Source of the DNA: an uncultured Pelagibacteraceae bacterium
GTDB lineage: Bacteria; Pseudomonadota; Alphaproteobacteria; Pelagibacterales; AG-422-B15
Length of the DNA: 64,000 nucleotides
Reading direction: 5' to 3'
Assembly (NCBI GenBank): GCA_902604225.1
Contig: CACKXV010000003.1
Span: forward strand, 4,216-68,215
The notes beneath the pieces were generated by a model that saw only the letters and a list, made by a program, of their open reading frames with translations, was not told where the DNA came from and did not search any database. Below are positions 33,238-42,668 of the stretch, in pieces (the first letter of the stretch is position 1; each line of letters opens with the position of its first letter). A program made the position numbers and the translations under genes.

Positions 33238-34008
33238 TTATGGTTTATCAAGCCCTGCGGGAGATTTAGTAAAAATTTCAAATCCCTCTTTGGTTATACC
33301 AATACTATGCTCAAATTGAGCAGATAAACTCTTATCTTTAGTTACAGCTGTCCATCCATCCTTCAGCATTCTAACATCATAATTGCCAACATTAATCATG
33401 GGTTCCACAGTAAAGAACATGCCTTCTTCAATTTGATCGCCAGTATTTTCTTTGCCGTAGTGCAATATATTTGGAAATTCATGAAAGACTTTACCGAGTC
33501 CATGCCCACAAAAATCTCTCACGACACTATAATTCTGTTTTTCTGCATAACTCTGGATTGCATAACCAATATCACCAAGATGGGATTTTGGGCTTGCTGC
33601 TTTAATCCCTTCATGCATTGACTCAAAAGTGCAATCAATTAATTTCTGTGCTTTCGCATTTATTTTACCTACCGGAAACATCCGACTGGTATCTCCATGC
33701 CAACCATCAACGATAACAGTTACATCTATATTAACAATATCTCCTTCTTCTAATATTCTAGAAGATGGAATTCCATGACAAATGACATGGTTAATTGATG
33801 TACAAATAGACTTTGGAAAGCCCTTATAAAATAAGGGAGCAATCAAGCCACCATTTTTTGTAATGAACTCGAAAGCGAAGTAATCAAGTTCGTCTGTCGA
33901 CACTCCAGGCTTTACATGTTCGACCAAAAGATCAAGAGTGGATGCAGCCAAATTGCCAGCTTTTCGCATGCCTTCAAAATCGTTACTATTATGTAATTTA
34001 TTATTCAT
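33238..34008 (-). CDS. map: type I methionine aminopeptidase
   Basis: CHGIP, NIDVT, HGDTSRM, CGHGLG, TVEPMIN, AQFEH. Confidence 0.97.
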   Translation of the reverse strand: MNNKLHNSNDFEGMRKAGNLAASTLDLLVEHVKPGVSTDELDYFAFEFITKNGGLIAPLFYKGFPKSICTSINHVICHGIPSSRILEEGDIVNIDVTVIVDGWHGDTSRMFPVGKINAKAQKLIDCTFESMHEGIKAASPKSHLGDIGYAIQSYAEKQNYSVVRDFCGHGLGKVFHEFPNILHYGKENTGDQIEEGMFFTVEPMINVGNYDVRMLKDGWTAVTKDKSLSAQFEHSIGITKEGFEIFTKSPAGLDKP

Positions 34009-34708
34009 TAATGAGTTTTATTTTTTTATTTACACGAATTTTGTCACTTTCAAAAGAACAGTTATAACATATGATTTCTACTCCCTTTTTTATGACTTTT
34101 TTGAAGTTGTCGTAGTATGTCTGGTCAATATCTCTCGCGATTTGAAATTTTTTGCAATCATCCCTTTGAATGAGAAATAGCATGACTGCCCTCGTATTTT
34201 TGTTGGGCAGCTGAGAGAGTTCGATCAAATGTTTGGAGCCTCTCTCTGTAATTGCATCTGGAAATTCAGCAGTATCTTTTTTTCTTGATAGGGTTACATT
34301 CTTTATCTCTACATAAGTTTGTTTAGCTCCATCACTCAATAGAAAATCAATTCTTGAGTTGGTTCCATACTTAACTTCTCTTTTAAATGTATCGTATTTA
34401 CCTAATTCAGGTATGAGATGCATTTCGATTGCATCTTCCACAATTCTGTTGGCTTTGTGCGTATTGACACCAACGTTTGCATTGCCAGATTTTATAATTT
34501 CAAGAGTATATTTTAATTTACGCTTTGGATCATTTGCTCTTGTAACAAAAACAGGATTGCCTTCTTCTAGGAGACCTTGCATGGAACCTGTATTGGGACA
34601 ATGTGCAGTAATAACTTCACTATTATTATCAAGTTGAATATCTGCAAAAAATCTCTTATACCTTTTTATCAATCTCCCTGAGATATATTGATTAGCAATT
34701 TTTGACAT
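34001..34708 (-). CDS. sfsA: DNA/RNA nuclease SfsA
   Basis: KRYKRF, HCPNTGSM, SRIDFLL, EIKNVTL, FPDA.TERG.KHL. Confidence 0.95.
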   Translation of the reverse strand: MSKIANQYISGRLIKRYKRFFADIQLDNNSEVITAHCPNTGSMQGLLEEGNPVFVTRANDPKRKLKYTLEIIKSGNANVGVNTHKANRIVEDAIEMHLIPELGKYDTFKREVKYGTNSRIDFLLSDGAKQTYVEIKNVTLSRKKDTAEFPDAITERGSKHLIELSQLPNKNTRAVMLFLIQRDDCKKFQIARDIDQTYYDNFKKVIKKGVEIICYNCSFESDKIRVNKKIKLINE

Positions 34709-34714
34709 GGTTTT

Positions 34715-35437
34715 ATGAAAGCATCACTTATAATTATTGGTAACGAAATTTTATCTGGTCGTACGCAAGATAAGAATCTATCTTATCTCGCAAATTGGCT
34801 GAATGAAATAGGAATTCAACTAGCAGAAGTTAGGGTAATTAGAGATGAGGAAGAAATAGTTGTAGAGACGGTTAACTACCTTAGATCAACTTATGATTAT
34901 GTATTTACGACAGGCGGCATTGGGCCTACGCACGACGATATTACTTCTTTGTGTATCGCCAAAGCATTCGGAGTTGAACTAGAGATCAATTCAGGAGCAT
35001 TAGGTATTTTAAAGGAGTATTATAAAGACGGTGAATTGACTGATGCAAGGATGAAAATGACCAAAATGCCCGTAGGCTCTGAACTTATTGAGAATCCAGT
35101 GAGTAGAGCGCCTGGTTTTAAGATGGATAATGTATTTGTATTAGCTGGGATCCCAAGCATTATGCAGGGCATGTTAGAAGGGGCGAGAAAGCACCTAACT
35201 GTTGGTGAAGTGGTTAGGTCTAAATCAATTGATGTTTTTACTCCTGAAAGCAACGTTGCTGACGCCTTAACCGATCTGCAAAATAAATATTCTGAAGTTG
35301 AAATAGGAAGCTACCCTTTTAATAAGGACAATCGCTTTGGAACTTCTGTCGTTATGCGTTCTTCTGATGAGACAAAACTTAAAAATTGCGAGTCAGAATT
35401 AAAGGAATTAATGAAAAATTATGATACTAAGTATTAA
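34715..35437 (+). CDS. CinA N-terminal/molybdopterin-binding family protein
   Basis: IIIGNEILSGRTQDKN, TGGIGPTHDDIT, IGSYP. Confidence 0.9.
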   Translation: MKASLIIIGNEILSGRTQDKNLSYLANWLNEIGIQLAEVRVIRDEEEIVVETVNYLRSTYDYVFTTGGIGPTHDDITSLCIAKAFGVELEINSGALGILKEYYKDGELTDARMKMTKMPVGSELIENPVSRAPGFKMDNVFVLAGIPSIMQGMLEGARKHLTVGEVVRSKSIDVFTPESNVADALTDLQNKYSEVEIGSYPFNKDNRFGTSVVMRSSDETKLKNCESELKELMKNYDTKY

Positions 35438-35561
35438 TAATTTTTATCCACAATCATCTAAATTGTTGATTTAATTACATATTATTAGTTTTTTCTACTT
35501 TACTTAACCCAGTTTCTCAATAATAATTGCCTAATTTTATAAAATTAAGGGGAATATAATA

Positions 35562-36254
35562 ATGAAAGTATTAATGCTAAATCCCGGAGATCACGTAGCC
35601 ATATCGTTTTGGTTAATCTCTATGGCCATGGTCGCAGCTACAGCTTTCTTCTTTCTTGAAAGAGACAGAGTAGCAGCTAAATGGAAGACGTCCCTCACAG
35701 TAGCCGGTTTGGTTACTGGTGTTGCGGCGTGGCACTATTTCTACATGAGAGGCGTATGGGTTGCTACTGGTGACTCACCAACAGTCCTTCGATACATTGA
35801 CTGGTTGATCACTGTGCCTCTACAAATTGTAGAGTTCTATGTAATTCTTGCAGCAATGACTGCTGTTGCTTCAGGCCTATTCTGGAGACTGTTAATCGCA
35901 TCTATAGTGATGTTGGTTGGTGGTTATCTAGGTGAAGTTGGAGCGATGAATGTAACTCTAGCATTCGTAATAGGAATGGCTGGATGGTTATATATCATCT
36001 ACGAAATTTTTGCAGGAGAAGCAAGCAAGGCAAGTGCTGGTAGTGGAAATGCTGCTGGTCAAGCTGCGTTCAACGCGTTGAGATTGATCGTTACAGTAGG
36101 TTGGGCGATTTATCCAATAGGTTATGCAGTAGGTTACTTTGGTGGCGGCGTAGACGCTGGTTCACTGAACTTAATCTATAACCTTGCTGACTTTGTTAAC
36201 AAAATTGCATTTGGTATGGCTATTTATGTAGCTGCAGTATCAGACAGCAATTAA
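35562..36254 (+). CDS. proteorhodopsin (DTE proton pump, Gln at the tuning site)
   Basis: WHY (His75 equivalent), RYIDWLITVPLQIVEF (D97/T101/Q105/E108 equivalents), NLADFVNK retinal Lys; 7 TM. Confidence 0.97.
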   Translation: MKVLMLNPGDHVAISFWLISMAMVAATAFFFLERDRVAAKWKTSLTVAGLVTGVAAWHYFYMRGVWVATGDSPTVLRYIDWLITVPLQIVEFYVILAAMTAVASGLFWRLLIASIVMLVGGYLGEVGAMNVTLAFVIGMAGWLYIIYEIFAGEASKASAGSGNAAGQAAFNALRLIVTVGWAIYPIGYAVGYFGGGVDAGSLNLIYNLADFVNKIAFGMAIYVAAVSDSN

Positions 36255-36274
36255 ATTTCTGCAAAGCAGATAAT

Positions 36275-36302
36275 AAAAGGGGCCTTCGGGCCCCTTTTTT
36301 TT
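36275..36302 (+). terminator. intrinsic terminator after proteorhodopsin
   Basis: AAAAGGGGCC-TTCG-GGCCCC-TTTTTTTT; C(UUCG)G loop. Confidence 0.93.
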
Positions 36303-36361
36303 ATTCAAAACATTAAAGAACTAGTAGTTCAATAAATAAATAGTTATAAAATAAAACAATT

Positions 36362-36449
36362 GGCCTCATGGCGGAATTGGTAGACGCAAAGGACTTAAAA
36401 TCCTTTGGGATTTATTCCCGTCCCGGTTCGAGTCCGGGTGAGGCCACCA
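36362..36449 (+). tRNA. tRNA-Leu (TAA)
   Basis: GGCCTCA/TGAGGCC acceptor stem, anticodon loop CTTAAAA, long variable arm, GTTCGAGTC, CCA end. Confidence 0.96.
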
Positions 36450-36490
36450 AATAATCATATAATATTTATAAGTGAAATTTTTGCATGATT

Positions 36491-36499
36491 TGTTATAAT
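36491..36499 (+). promoter_or_regulatory. extended -10 element upstream of barrel gene 1
   Basis: TGtTATAAT ending 6 nt before ATG 36506; no SD sequence. Confidence 0.5.
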
Positions 36500-36505
36500 T
36501 AAATA

Positions 36506-37393
36506 ATGAGAAATCTTAGAGCTTGTATTTATTTAATCTTTAGTATTTTTCTTTTAATGGGCATCTCAAATGCCTCTAATTTAGAAAATAGAGTTACTTC
36601 ATATTTTAATAACTTAGTTAACAGCTTAGGCACAAGTGTTTCATCATTATTGGGTGAAAATGGAAGGGTGAAGTACCTCGATTTAAACTTAGGTGTGCAA
36701 GAGCATTTAAAGCCAACTATATCACTTACGAATGTAAATATGATATCAGAGTATGGCAATAGCGCTATTTTTAATCAAAACTCTCTTAATCTGCATAATA
36801 ATGATCAAACAATTAATCTAGGTGTAGGACACCGAACTCTTCTAAACGATGATAAAGTTATATTTGGATTAAATATATTTTTTGATTATGCATTTGATGA
36901 CTCACATCAGAGAAATGGAGCGGGCTTAGAGGTTATAAGTAGTGTTTTTGATTTGAGATCTAATATTTATGACGCTTCATCTGGCATCGAAACAGTTTCG
37001 ACAGGTAAAGATGAAGAGGCGATGGACGGATGGGATGCACGTCTTGATTATCATTTACCGATTAAAGCAAATGCAAGACTATTTGCAGGATTATATGAAT
37101 TTGAAAATGCTGCGGGTTCATTTGAAGTAGAAGGCGAAAAATACGGTCTTAATATAATTAGTAATAGTCTAGATTTAGAGGTTGGATATATCGATGACAA
37201 CAAAACAGGTGATGGTTCATTTGCAAATCTTAGTTATGTAATACCTCTTGGTAGTAATGGTTCTTTTTCAAATAACTCCTCTAGTTATTTGGAGTACGTA
37301 TCTGTTGCTGATAGAATGTATGAACCTGTTAAAAGAGAAAATAAGATTAAAGTTGTCACAACAACATTAAATGTTAAGGCAAGCGGGTTTTAA
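36506..37393 (+). CDS. inverse autotransporter (intimin/invasin-type) beta-barrel without passenger, copy 1
   Basis: Signal peptide; TINLGVGHR, GLNIFFDY, HQRNGAGLE, NIY, EEAMDGWD strands; ends shortly after the linker-like RMYEPVKRENKI. Confidence 0.85.
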   Translation: MRNLRACIYLIFSIFLLMGISNASNLENRVTSYFNNLVNSLGTSVSSLLGENGRVKYLDLNLGVQEHLKPTISLTNVNMISEYGNSAIFNQNSLNLHNNDQTINLGVGHRTLLNDDKVIFGLNIFFDYAFDDSHQRNGAGLEVISSVFDLRSNIYDASSGIETVSTGKDEEAMDGWDARLDYHLPIKANARLFAGLYEFENAAGSFEVEGEKYGLNIISNSLDLEVGYIDDNKTGDGSFANLSYVIPLGSNGSFSNNSSSYLEYVSVADRMYEPVKRENKIKVVTTTLNVKASGF

Positions 37394-37396
37394 GTT

Positions 37397-38257
37397 ATGG
37401 CCAGATCATTTATTAAGCTTTTGTATTTAATTTTAGTTATAAACTTGTCAGCTATAAATTTTTCTTATGCCGATAGCCACGTTGATAGTTGTACAATCAC
37501 AGGGGGTATTTACGACAAGACCCAAGTAATAGACAATGGATATTGTGCTAGTGCCCCATCAACTTATGAAATAATTGCTTATGAACTGTATTTATGCACC
37601 AGTGCGCCAGCCGCTCCTACCACTACAACAGTAATGGACTTGTCCAATTGTTATAAAAATTGGGAATTAAGTTCAGGAGCTACACTTTCAGTTCAACAGA
37701 ATGCTACCGTAGATGTACCAGGTACAATGACTCGACCTCCAAATGGCACATACACGCATGGAGTTATGTTGATAGATAATTCATTTGGAATAACTGCGTC
37801 ATTACAATTCGACGAAGCGGTCACAGACCAGGATGGAAATTCGGGTGTTTATTGTGGAACAAAAAGTGGTTCTGGTACATATGGCACAGGCGCAGTTCCC
37901 ACGGGTACCTCTGAATGTGGAGCTTCAGAAATAACTGCAGGAAAATTCACCGAGCTATTAACTAGTTTTGATAGTGGGTCTTTTTCAGGAACCGCAGAAG
38001 GAGATAATTTAAATGGGACTTCAGCGAGTATTAAGGGTTATTTAATAGATACAAATTCTTATTTGGCAGAAAATGATGCAGATGTTGATAAACTCCTTGG
38101 TGCAGCTACCTTTGCATCACCGGTAAATTTTACAGAAACTACAACTACGATCACAATGTCTTTTAATGTTGGAGAAGGTATGTCAATGTATAATAATGGT
38201 TCAAATAGAATTGTTTTTGGCAGCGGTCCTTTTCAGGCAGTTATATCTACTGATTAA
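37397..38257 (+). CDS. secreted hypothetical protein, partner of barrel 1
   Basis: Sec-type signal (..FSYA), 6 Cys, T/S/G-rich; motif-level homology to 43861..44928. Confidence 0.8.
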   Translation: MARSFIKLLYLILVINLSAINFSYADSHVDSCTITGGIYDKTQVIDNGYCASAPSTYEIIAYELYLCTSAPAAPTTTTVMDLSNCYKNWELSSGATLSVQQNATVDVPGTMTRPPNGTYTHGVMLIDNSFGITASLQFDEAVTDQDGNSGVYCGTKSGSGTYGTGAVPTGTSECGASEITAGKFTELLTSFDSGSFSGTAEGDNLNGTSASIKGYLIDTNSYLAENDADVDKLLGAATFASPVNFTETTTTITMSFNVGEGMSMYNNGSNRIVFGSGPFQAVISTD

Positions 38258-39021
38258 AACTTAAATTGTTCATTTAGTATACGTTCGTCAAAAGAATGAT
38301 TCTCATCAAAGAGAAGTTCTACTACTTGATCTTTACTCTGATGTACTTCAACAGAACTGATATCTCTAAACTCAGCACTATCGGCCACAGCACTTACGGG
38401 TCTTTTGTTACTTTCAATTATCTCAAATTTCACATTTGACCCATTATTTAGTATTGCACCTTTCCATCTTCTAGGTCGGAAGGCACTTATAGGGGTCAAT
38501 GCAAGAACATCTGCATTTATTGGCAGTATTGGACCATGAGCGGATAGATTATAAGCCGTGCTTCCAGATGGAGTTGAAATTAATATACCATCACAGATAA
38601 GTTCATCTAACCTCACTTTATCATCAACTGAGATTTTGATTTTTGACGCTTGGTGTGTCTCCCTAAGTAACGAAACCTCATTAATAGCAATTGCTTCATG
38701 GATAGAGCCGTTGACACTTATTGCTTTCATTATTAAGGGAGATATTTTAATTGATTGAGATTGATTAATTCTACTTAACAAATCGATTTGATTTGAAGAG
38801 TTCATCAAAAATCCAATACTTCCGTAATTTAAACCAAAGAGAGGAAGGTTTTGAGACATGTGATTTTTTATTGCCTCAAGCATAAATCCATCGCCACCCA
38901 ATACAACGATAACATCTGCGTTATCCAATGTATTTTTTCCGTATTGGTCCTCTAAAGCCCTTTTTTGCTTGATAGCTTCATCATTACTAGATGCTAAAAA
39001 AACTGGATTATTCAAATTCAT
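38254..39021 (-). CDS. nadK: NAD kinase
   Basis: LGGDGFML, GFLMN, INEV, STPSGSTAYNLSAHGP. Confidence 0.95.
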   Translation of the reverse strand: MNLNNPVFLASSNDEAIKQKRALEDQYGKNTLDNADVIVVLGGDGFMLEAIKNHMSQNLPLFGLNYGSIGFLMNSSNQIDLLSRINQSQSIKISPLIMKAISVNGSIHEAIAINEVSLLRETHQASKIKISVDDKVRLDELICDGILISTPSGSTAYNLSAHGPILPINADVLALTPISAFRPRRWKGAILNNGSNVKFEIIESNKRPVSAVADSAEFRDISSVEVHQSKDQVVELLFDENHSFDERILNEQFKF

Positions 39022-39100
39022 GTTAATTTGCCTACTAAAAAGTAATTCTTTATCTTAAAATGCTCATTAATTGAACATCAAAATTTATTAATAAGTACAT

Positions 39101-40594
39101 ATGTCATTAAGTGGTTATATTCTATCAATAGATCAAGGGACAACTAGTTCAAGAGCTTTAATTTTGAGCGTAAATGGGGAAATACTTGCTCAAAAAAATA
39201 TTGAATTTAAACAATATTATCCAGAAAATGGTTGGGTTGAACATGATCCTCTTGAAATAATAAAAACAACAACAGACGCAATTAAGCAAGTTATAGAAGA
39301 GCTTGGAATTAATGCGCAAGATATAGTCGTAGCAGGCATTACTAATCAAAGAGAAACAATCGTCGCTTGGGATAAATTGACTGGGAAACCAGTTTATAAT
39401 GCCATTGTATGGCAGGATAGACGTACAGAAAATTATTGCAATGAGCTCAAAGAGAAAAACTTAATACAAACAATTATATCAAAAACAGGGTTAGTCATTG
39501 ATTCATATTTTTCTTCTACAAAAATAAAGTGGATTATAGAAAACGTCAAGGAAGCAAAAGAATGTCTAAATAATGGAAATTTATTAGTTGGTACAATTGA
39601 TACTTGGTTGATTTGGAATTTTACAAAAGGATCAGAGCATTCTACTGATGTAACTAATGCATCGAGAACAATGCTTTACAATATTACAGAAAATGAATGG
39701 GATGATGAATTATTGAATATATTCGCATTACCAAAGAATATTCTTCCGTATGTTAAAAACTCAGTTGATAATTTTGGAAAAATTGCTTCTGATTTTTTTG
39801 GTTACGAAATTCAAATTGGTGGAGTAGCCGGAGATCAGCAAGCTGCTTCGGTTGGTCAATCTTGCTTTAAAGAAGGTATGGTAAAATCAACGTATGGTAC
39901 AGGTTGTTTTTTACTCATGAATACAGGAAATAATATTATAAAATCGAAGTCAAACCTCCTTTCCACAATAGCTTATAACATTAATGGAAATAAGAATTAC
40001 GCTATTGAGGGGAGTATATTTAACGCTGGAACAGTTGTTCAATGGATGCGTGATGAACTTCAATTTTTTAATAAAGCATCAGAGGTTGAAAGCTTAGCCA
40101 GTATAAGCTCTAATGATATTCATTTTGTTCCAGCATTTACTGGTTTAGGAGCGCCTTATTGGAGGTCAGATATTAGAGGTCAGATTTCAGGTATCACAAG
40201 AGATACTTCAAAAGCTGATATCGCGATGGCAGCTCTCAAATCTGTTTGTTTTCAAACAAGGGATTTATTTGAGTGTCTTTTGAACGATACAAATTTTACA
40301 AGAGAGAAATTTGTAATTCGTGTTGATGGAGGAATGACAAGAAACAACATGATGATGCAATTTTTGTCTGATATTCTACAAGTTAAAATAGAAAGACCAG
40401 TGAACCAAGAGTCTACTGCAATTGGAGCTGCATATTTGGCAGGAATTTTTGCCGGCATTTACAAAGATGTTGCAGACGTTGAAAAATTATGGAAAACTGA
40501 TCGAATATTTGAGCCAAAAATTTCAATTGATCTTGCTGACCAATTTTATGATGGCTGGAAAAAAACAATAGAAAGACTAATAAGCAATGGTTGA
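39101..40594 (+). CDS. glpK: glycerol kinase
   Basis: IDQGTTSSR, ITNQRET, WQDRRT, GDQQAA, KSTYGTGCF, GLGAPYW. Confidence 0.95.
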   Translation: MSLSGYILSIDQGTTSSRALILSVNGEILAQKNIEFKQYYPENGWVEHDPLEIIKTTTDAIKQVIEELGINAQDIVVAGITNQRETIVAWDKLTGKPVYNAIVWQDRRTENYCNELKEKNLIQTIISKTGLVIDSYFSSTKIKWIIENVKEAKECLNNGNLLVGTIDTWLIWNFTKGSEHSTDVTNASRTMLYNITENEWDDELLNIFALPKNILPYVKNSVDNFGKIASDFFGYEIQIGGVAGDQQAASVGQSCFKEGMVKSTYGTGCFLLMNTGNNIIKSKSNLLSTIAYNINGNKNYAIEGSIFNAGTVVQWMRDELQFFNKASEVESLASISSNDIHFVPAFTGLGAPYWRSDIRGQISGITRDTSKADIAMAALKSVCFQTRDLFECLLNDTNFTREKFVIRVDGGMTRNNMMMQFLSDILQVKIERPVNQESTAIGAAYLAGIFAGIYKDVADVEKLWKTDRIFEPKISIDLADQFYDGWKKTIERLISNG

Positions 40595-41336
40595 CGTAAA
40601 AAATTCAGTTTCAAAGGAAGAATGGGATGTAAGAGTTGATCTTGCTGCCTTTTACAGAACAATACCTTACTTTGGTTGGGATGATTTAATATTTACCCAT
40701 ATATCTGCAAGAGTGCCTGGTACTGAAGATCATTTTTTAATAAATCCATATGGATTTTTGTTTGATGAAATTACAGCTTCAAATCTTGTAAAGGTTGATA
40801 TTAATGGCAAGATTATTAGTGAGACCAACAATCCTATTAATCCAGCTGGATTTATAATTCATAGTGCAATTCATGAAGCAAGAAGCGATGCTCATTGTAT
40901 TGTTCATTTACACTCAGATGATGGCGTCGCGGTTGCTTCTTTGAAAGATGGTCTTTTACCCTTGGCACAAACTGGAATGCTTGTGCGTAGCCAAATCGCA
41001 TATCATGATTATGAAGGTGTTGCTCTACTTGAGGATGAGAAAAAAAGACTTGTTGCTGACTTAGGTGACAAAAATTTAATGATTTTACGTAATCACGGCA
41101 CTTTAGCTGCAGGTAAAAATGTTGCAGATGCTTTTACTTATATATACTTTTTAGAAAGAGCATGCACTTATCAAGTTCGCGCAATGGCTGGCAAATTAGA
41201 ATTAAATAATCCATCACCTGAGGCAATTGAAACGACCAGACAGCAAGGTGAAGCTACCCAAGGCATGGCAGGGGCACTTTTATGGCCCGCAGTCAGAAGA
41301 AAGATGGAAAAATTAGATCCATCTTTTATGAATTAG
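40587..41336 (+). CDS. class II aldolase/adducin family protein
   Basis: THISAR, IHSAIH, HLH, LRNHG. Confidence 0.9.
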   Translation: MVDVKNSVSKEEWDVRVDLAAFYRTIPYFGWDDLIFTHISARVPGTEDHFLINPYGFLFDEITASNLVKVDINGKIISETNNPINPAGFIIHSAIHEARSDAHCIVHLHSDDGVAVASLKDGLLPLAQTGMLVRSQIAYHDYEGVALLEDEKKRLVADLGDKNLMILRNHGTLAAGKNVADAFTYIYFLERACTYQVRAMAGKLELNNPSPEAIETTRQQGEATQGMAGALLWPAVRRKMEKLDPSFMN

Positions 41337-41349
41337 AAACGAATTATAA

Positions 41350-41378
41350 TTGACCTTCACACTAATAAGAGACATAGT
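41350..41378 (+). promoter_or_regulatory. probable sigma70-like promoter of fdh
   Basis: TTGACC (41350-41355), 17 nt, CATAGT; AGGAG RBS before ATG 41427. Confidence 0.45.
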
Positions 41379-41426
41379 CACACTCGAAAAAATTGAATAT
41401 CCACGATTATTAAATAGGAGAAAGTA

Positions 41427-42626
41427 ATGAAAATTTTATGTGTTTTATATGATGACCCAAAAGGTGGGATGCCATCAAAGTATGCTTTAGGTGATATTCC
41501 AAAATTAGATAAGTATCCTGATGGAATGACACTTCCATCACCTAAAGCAATAGACTTCACACCTGGAGAATTACTAGGCTGCGTATCAGGTGAACTTGGT
41601 CTAAGAAAATTTCTTGAAGATGCTGGACATACACTTGTCGTTACATCTGATAAAGATGGCGATGGCTGTCAAGCTGACAAAGAATTGGTTGATGCAGATG
41701 TAGTTATATCTCAACCGTTCTTTCCATACTATCTAACAAGGGAAAAGATGGAGACAGCTCCAAATCTTAAAATGGCTATTACAGCAGGTATCGGATCAGA
41801 TCATGTTGATTTACAAGCCGCAATGGATCGTAAAGTTGATGTTGTAGAGGTAACTTTTTGTAACTCAAGATCAGTTGCAGAACATATTGTTATGCAAATT
41901 TTATCTTTAGTCAGAGATTACCACAATCAACATAGAATTATTAATGAAGGTGGATGGAATATTGCTGATGCTGTACAGCGCTCTTATGACCTTGAAGGTA
42001 TGCACGTAGGAACTGTAGCAGCTGGTCGTATTGGTTTAGATGCTCTAAGAAAATTAAAACATTTTGATGTTCATATGCACTACTTTGATCGACATAAACT
42101 ACCTGATGAAGTTGAAAAAGAATTAAACCTTACTTTTCATGAGTCAGTTGAGTCTATGGTAAAGGTTTGTGATGTAGTAACTATTAATTGTCCGCTACAC
42201 CCTGAAACCGAGCATATGTTTAACGATGAGTTAATAGGTAAGATGAAAAGAGGAGCATACATTGTAAACACTGCTAGAGGTAAAATTTGCGATAAAGATG
42301 CAATTGCCCGCGCACTTGAATCCGGTCAGCTCAGTGGTTATGCAGGAGATGTATGGTTTCCCCAACCAGCACCAAATGATCATGTATGGAGAACAATGCC
42401 TCATCACGGAATGACCCCACACACCTCTGGAACGTCGCTATCAGCGCAAGCAAGATATGCTGCAGGTGTAAGAGAAATCCTTGAGTGTTTCTTTGATGGA
42501 TCACCTATAAGAGATCCATATCTTATTGTTCAAAATGGCGAACTAGCTGGTATGGGAGCGCATTCCTACAGTAAAGGTACTGCAACAGGTGGCTCTGAGG
42601 AAGCGGCTAAGTACCAAAAAAAATAA
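41427..42626 (+). CDS. fdh: NAD-dependent (metal-independent) formate dehydrogenase
   Basis: ISQPF, AGIGSDHVD, NSRSVAEH, VAAGRIG, NTARG, DVWFPQPAP, TPHTSG. Confidence 0.95.
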   Translation: MKILCVLYDDPKGGMPSKYALGDIPKLDKYPDGMTLPSPKAIDFTPGELLGCVSGELGLRKFLEDAGHTLVVTSDKDGDGCQADKELVDADVVISQPFFPYYLTREKMETAPNLKMAITAGIGSDHVDLQAAMDRKVDVVEVTFCNSRSVAEHIVMQILSLVRDYHNQHRIINEGGWNIADAVQRSYDLEGMHVGTVAAGRIGLDALRKLKHFDVHMHYFDRHKLPDEVEKELNLTFHESVESMVKVCDVVTINCPLHPETEHMFNDELIGKMKRGAYIVNTARGKICDKDAIARALESGQLSGYAGDVWFPQPAPNDHVWRTMPHHGMTPHTSGTSLSAQARYAAGVREILECFFDGSPIRDPYLIVQNGELAGMGAHSYSKGTATGGSEEAAKYQKK

Positions 42627-42636
42627 TTGATTTTTC

Positions 42637-42664
42637 TATAGGACGGAAGAAATTCCGTCCTATA
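42637..42664. repeat. perfect 12-bp inverted repeat with GAAA loop
   Basis: TATAGGACGGAA-GAAA-TTCCGTCCTATA between fdh and the next gene; no U-tract follows on either strand. Confidence 0.8.
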
Positions 42665-42668
42665 TAAT

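Noticed and set aside
35950..35990. Carotenoid-antenna fenestration in the proteorhodopsin
   Set aside because: By-eye alignment puts Phe (LAFVIG), not Gly, at the fenestration position.
37388..37399. Barrel 1 and its partner are in the same frame (TAA GTT ATG), suggesting a broken or read-through full-length invasin
   Set aside because: The partner has its own signal peptide, and in cassette 2 the two genes are out of frame (2-nt gap), so the split looks genuine.
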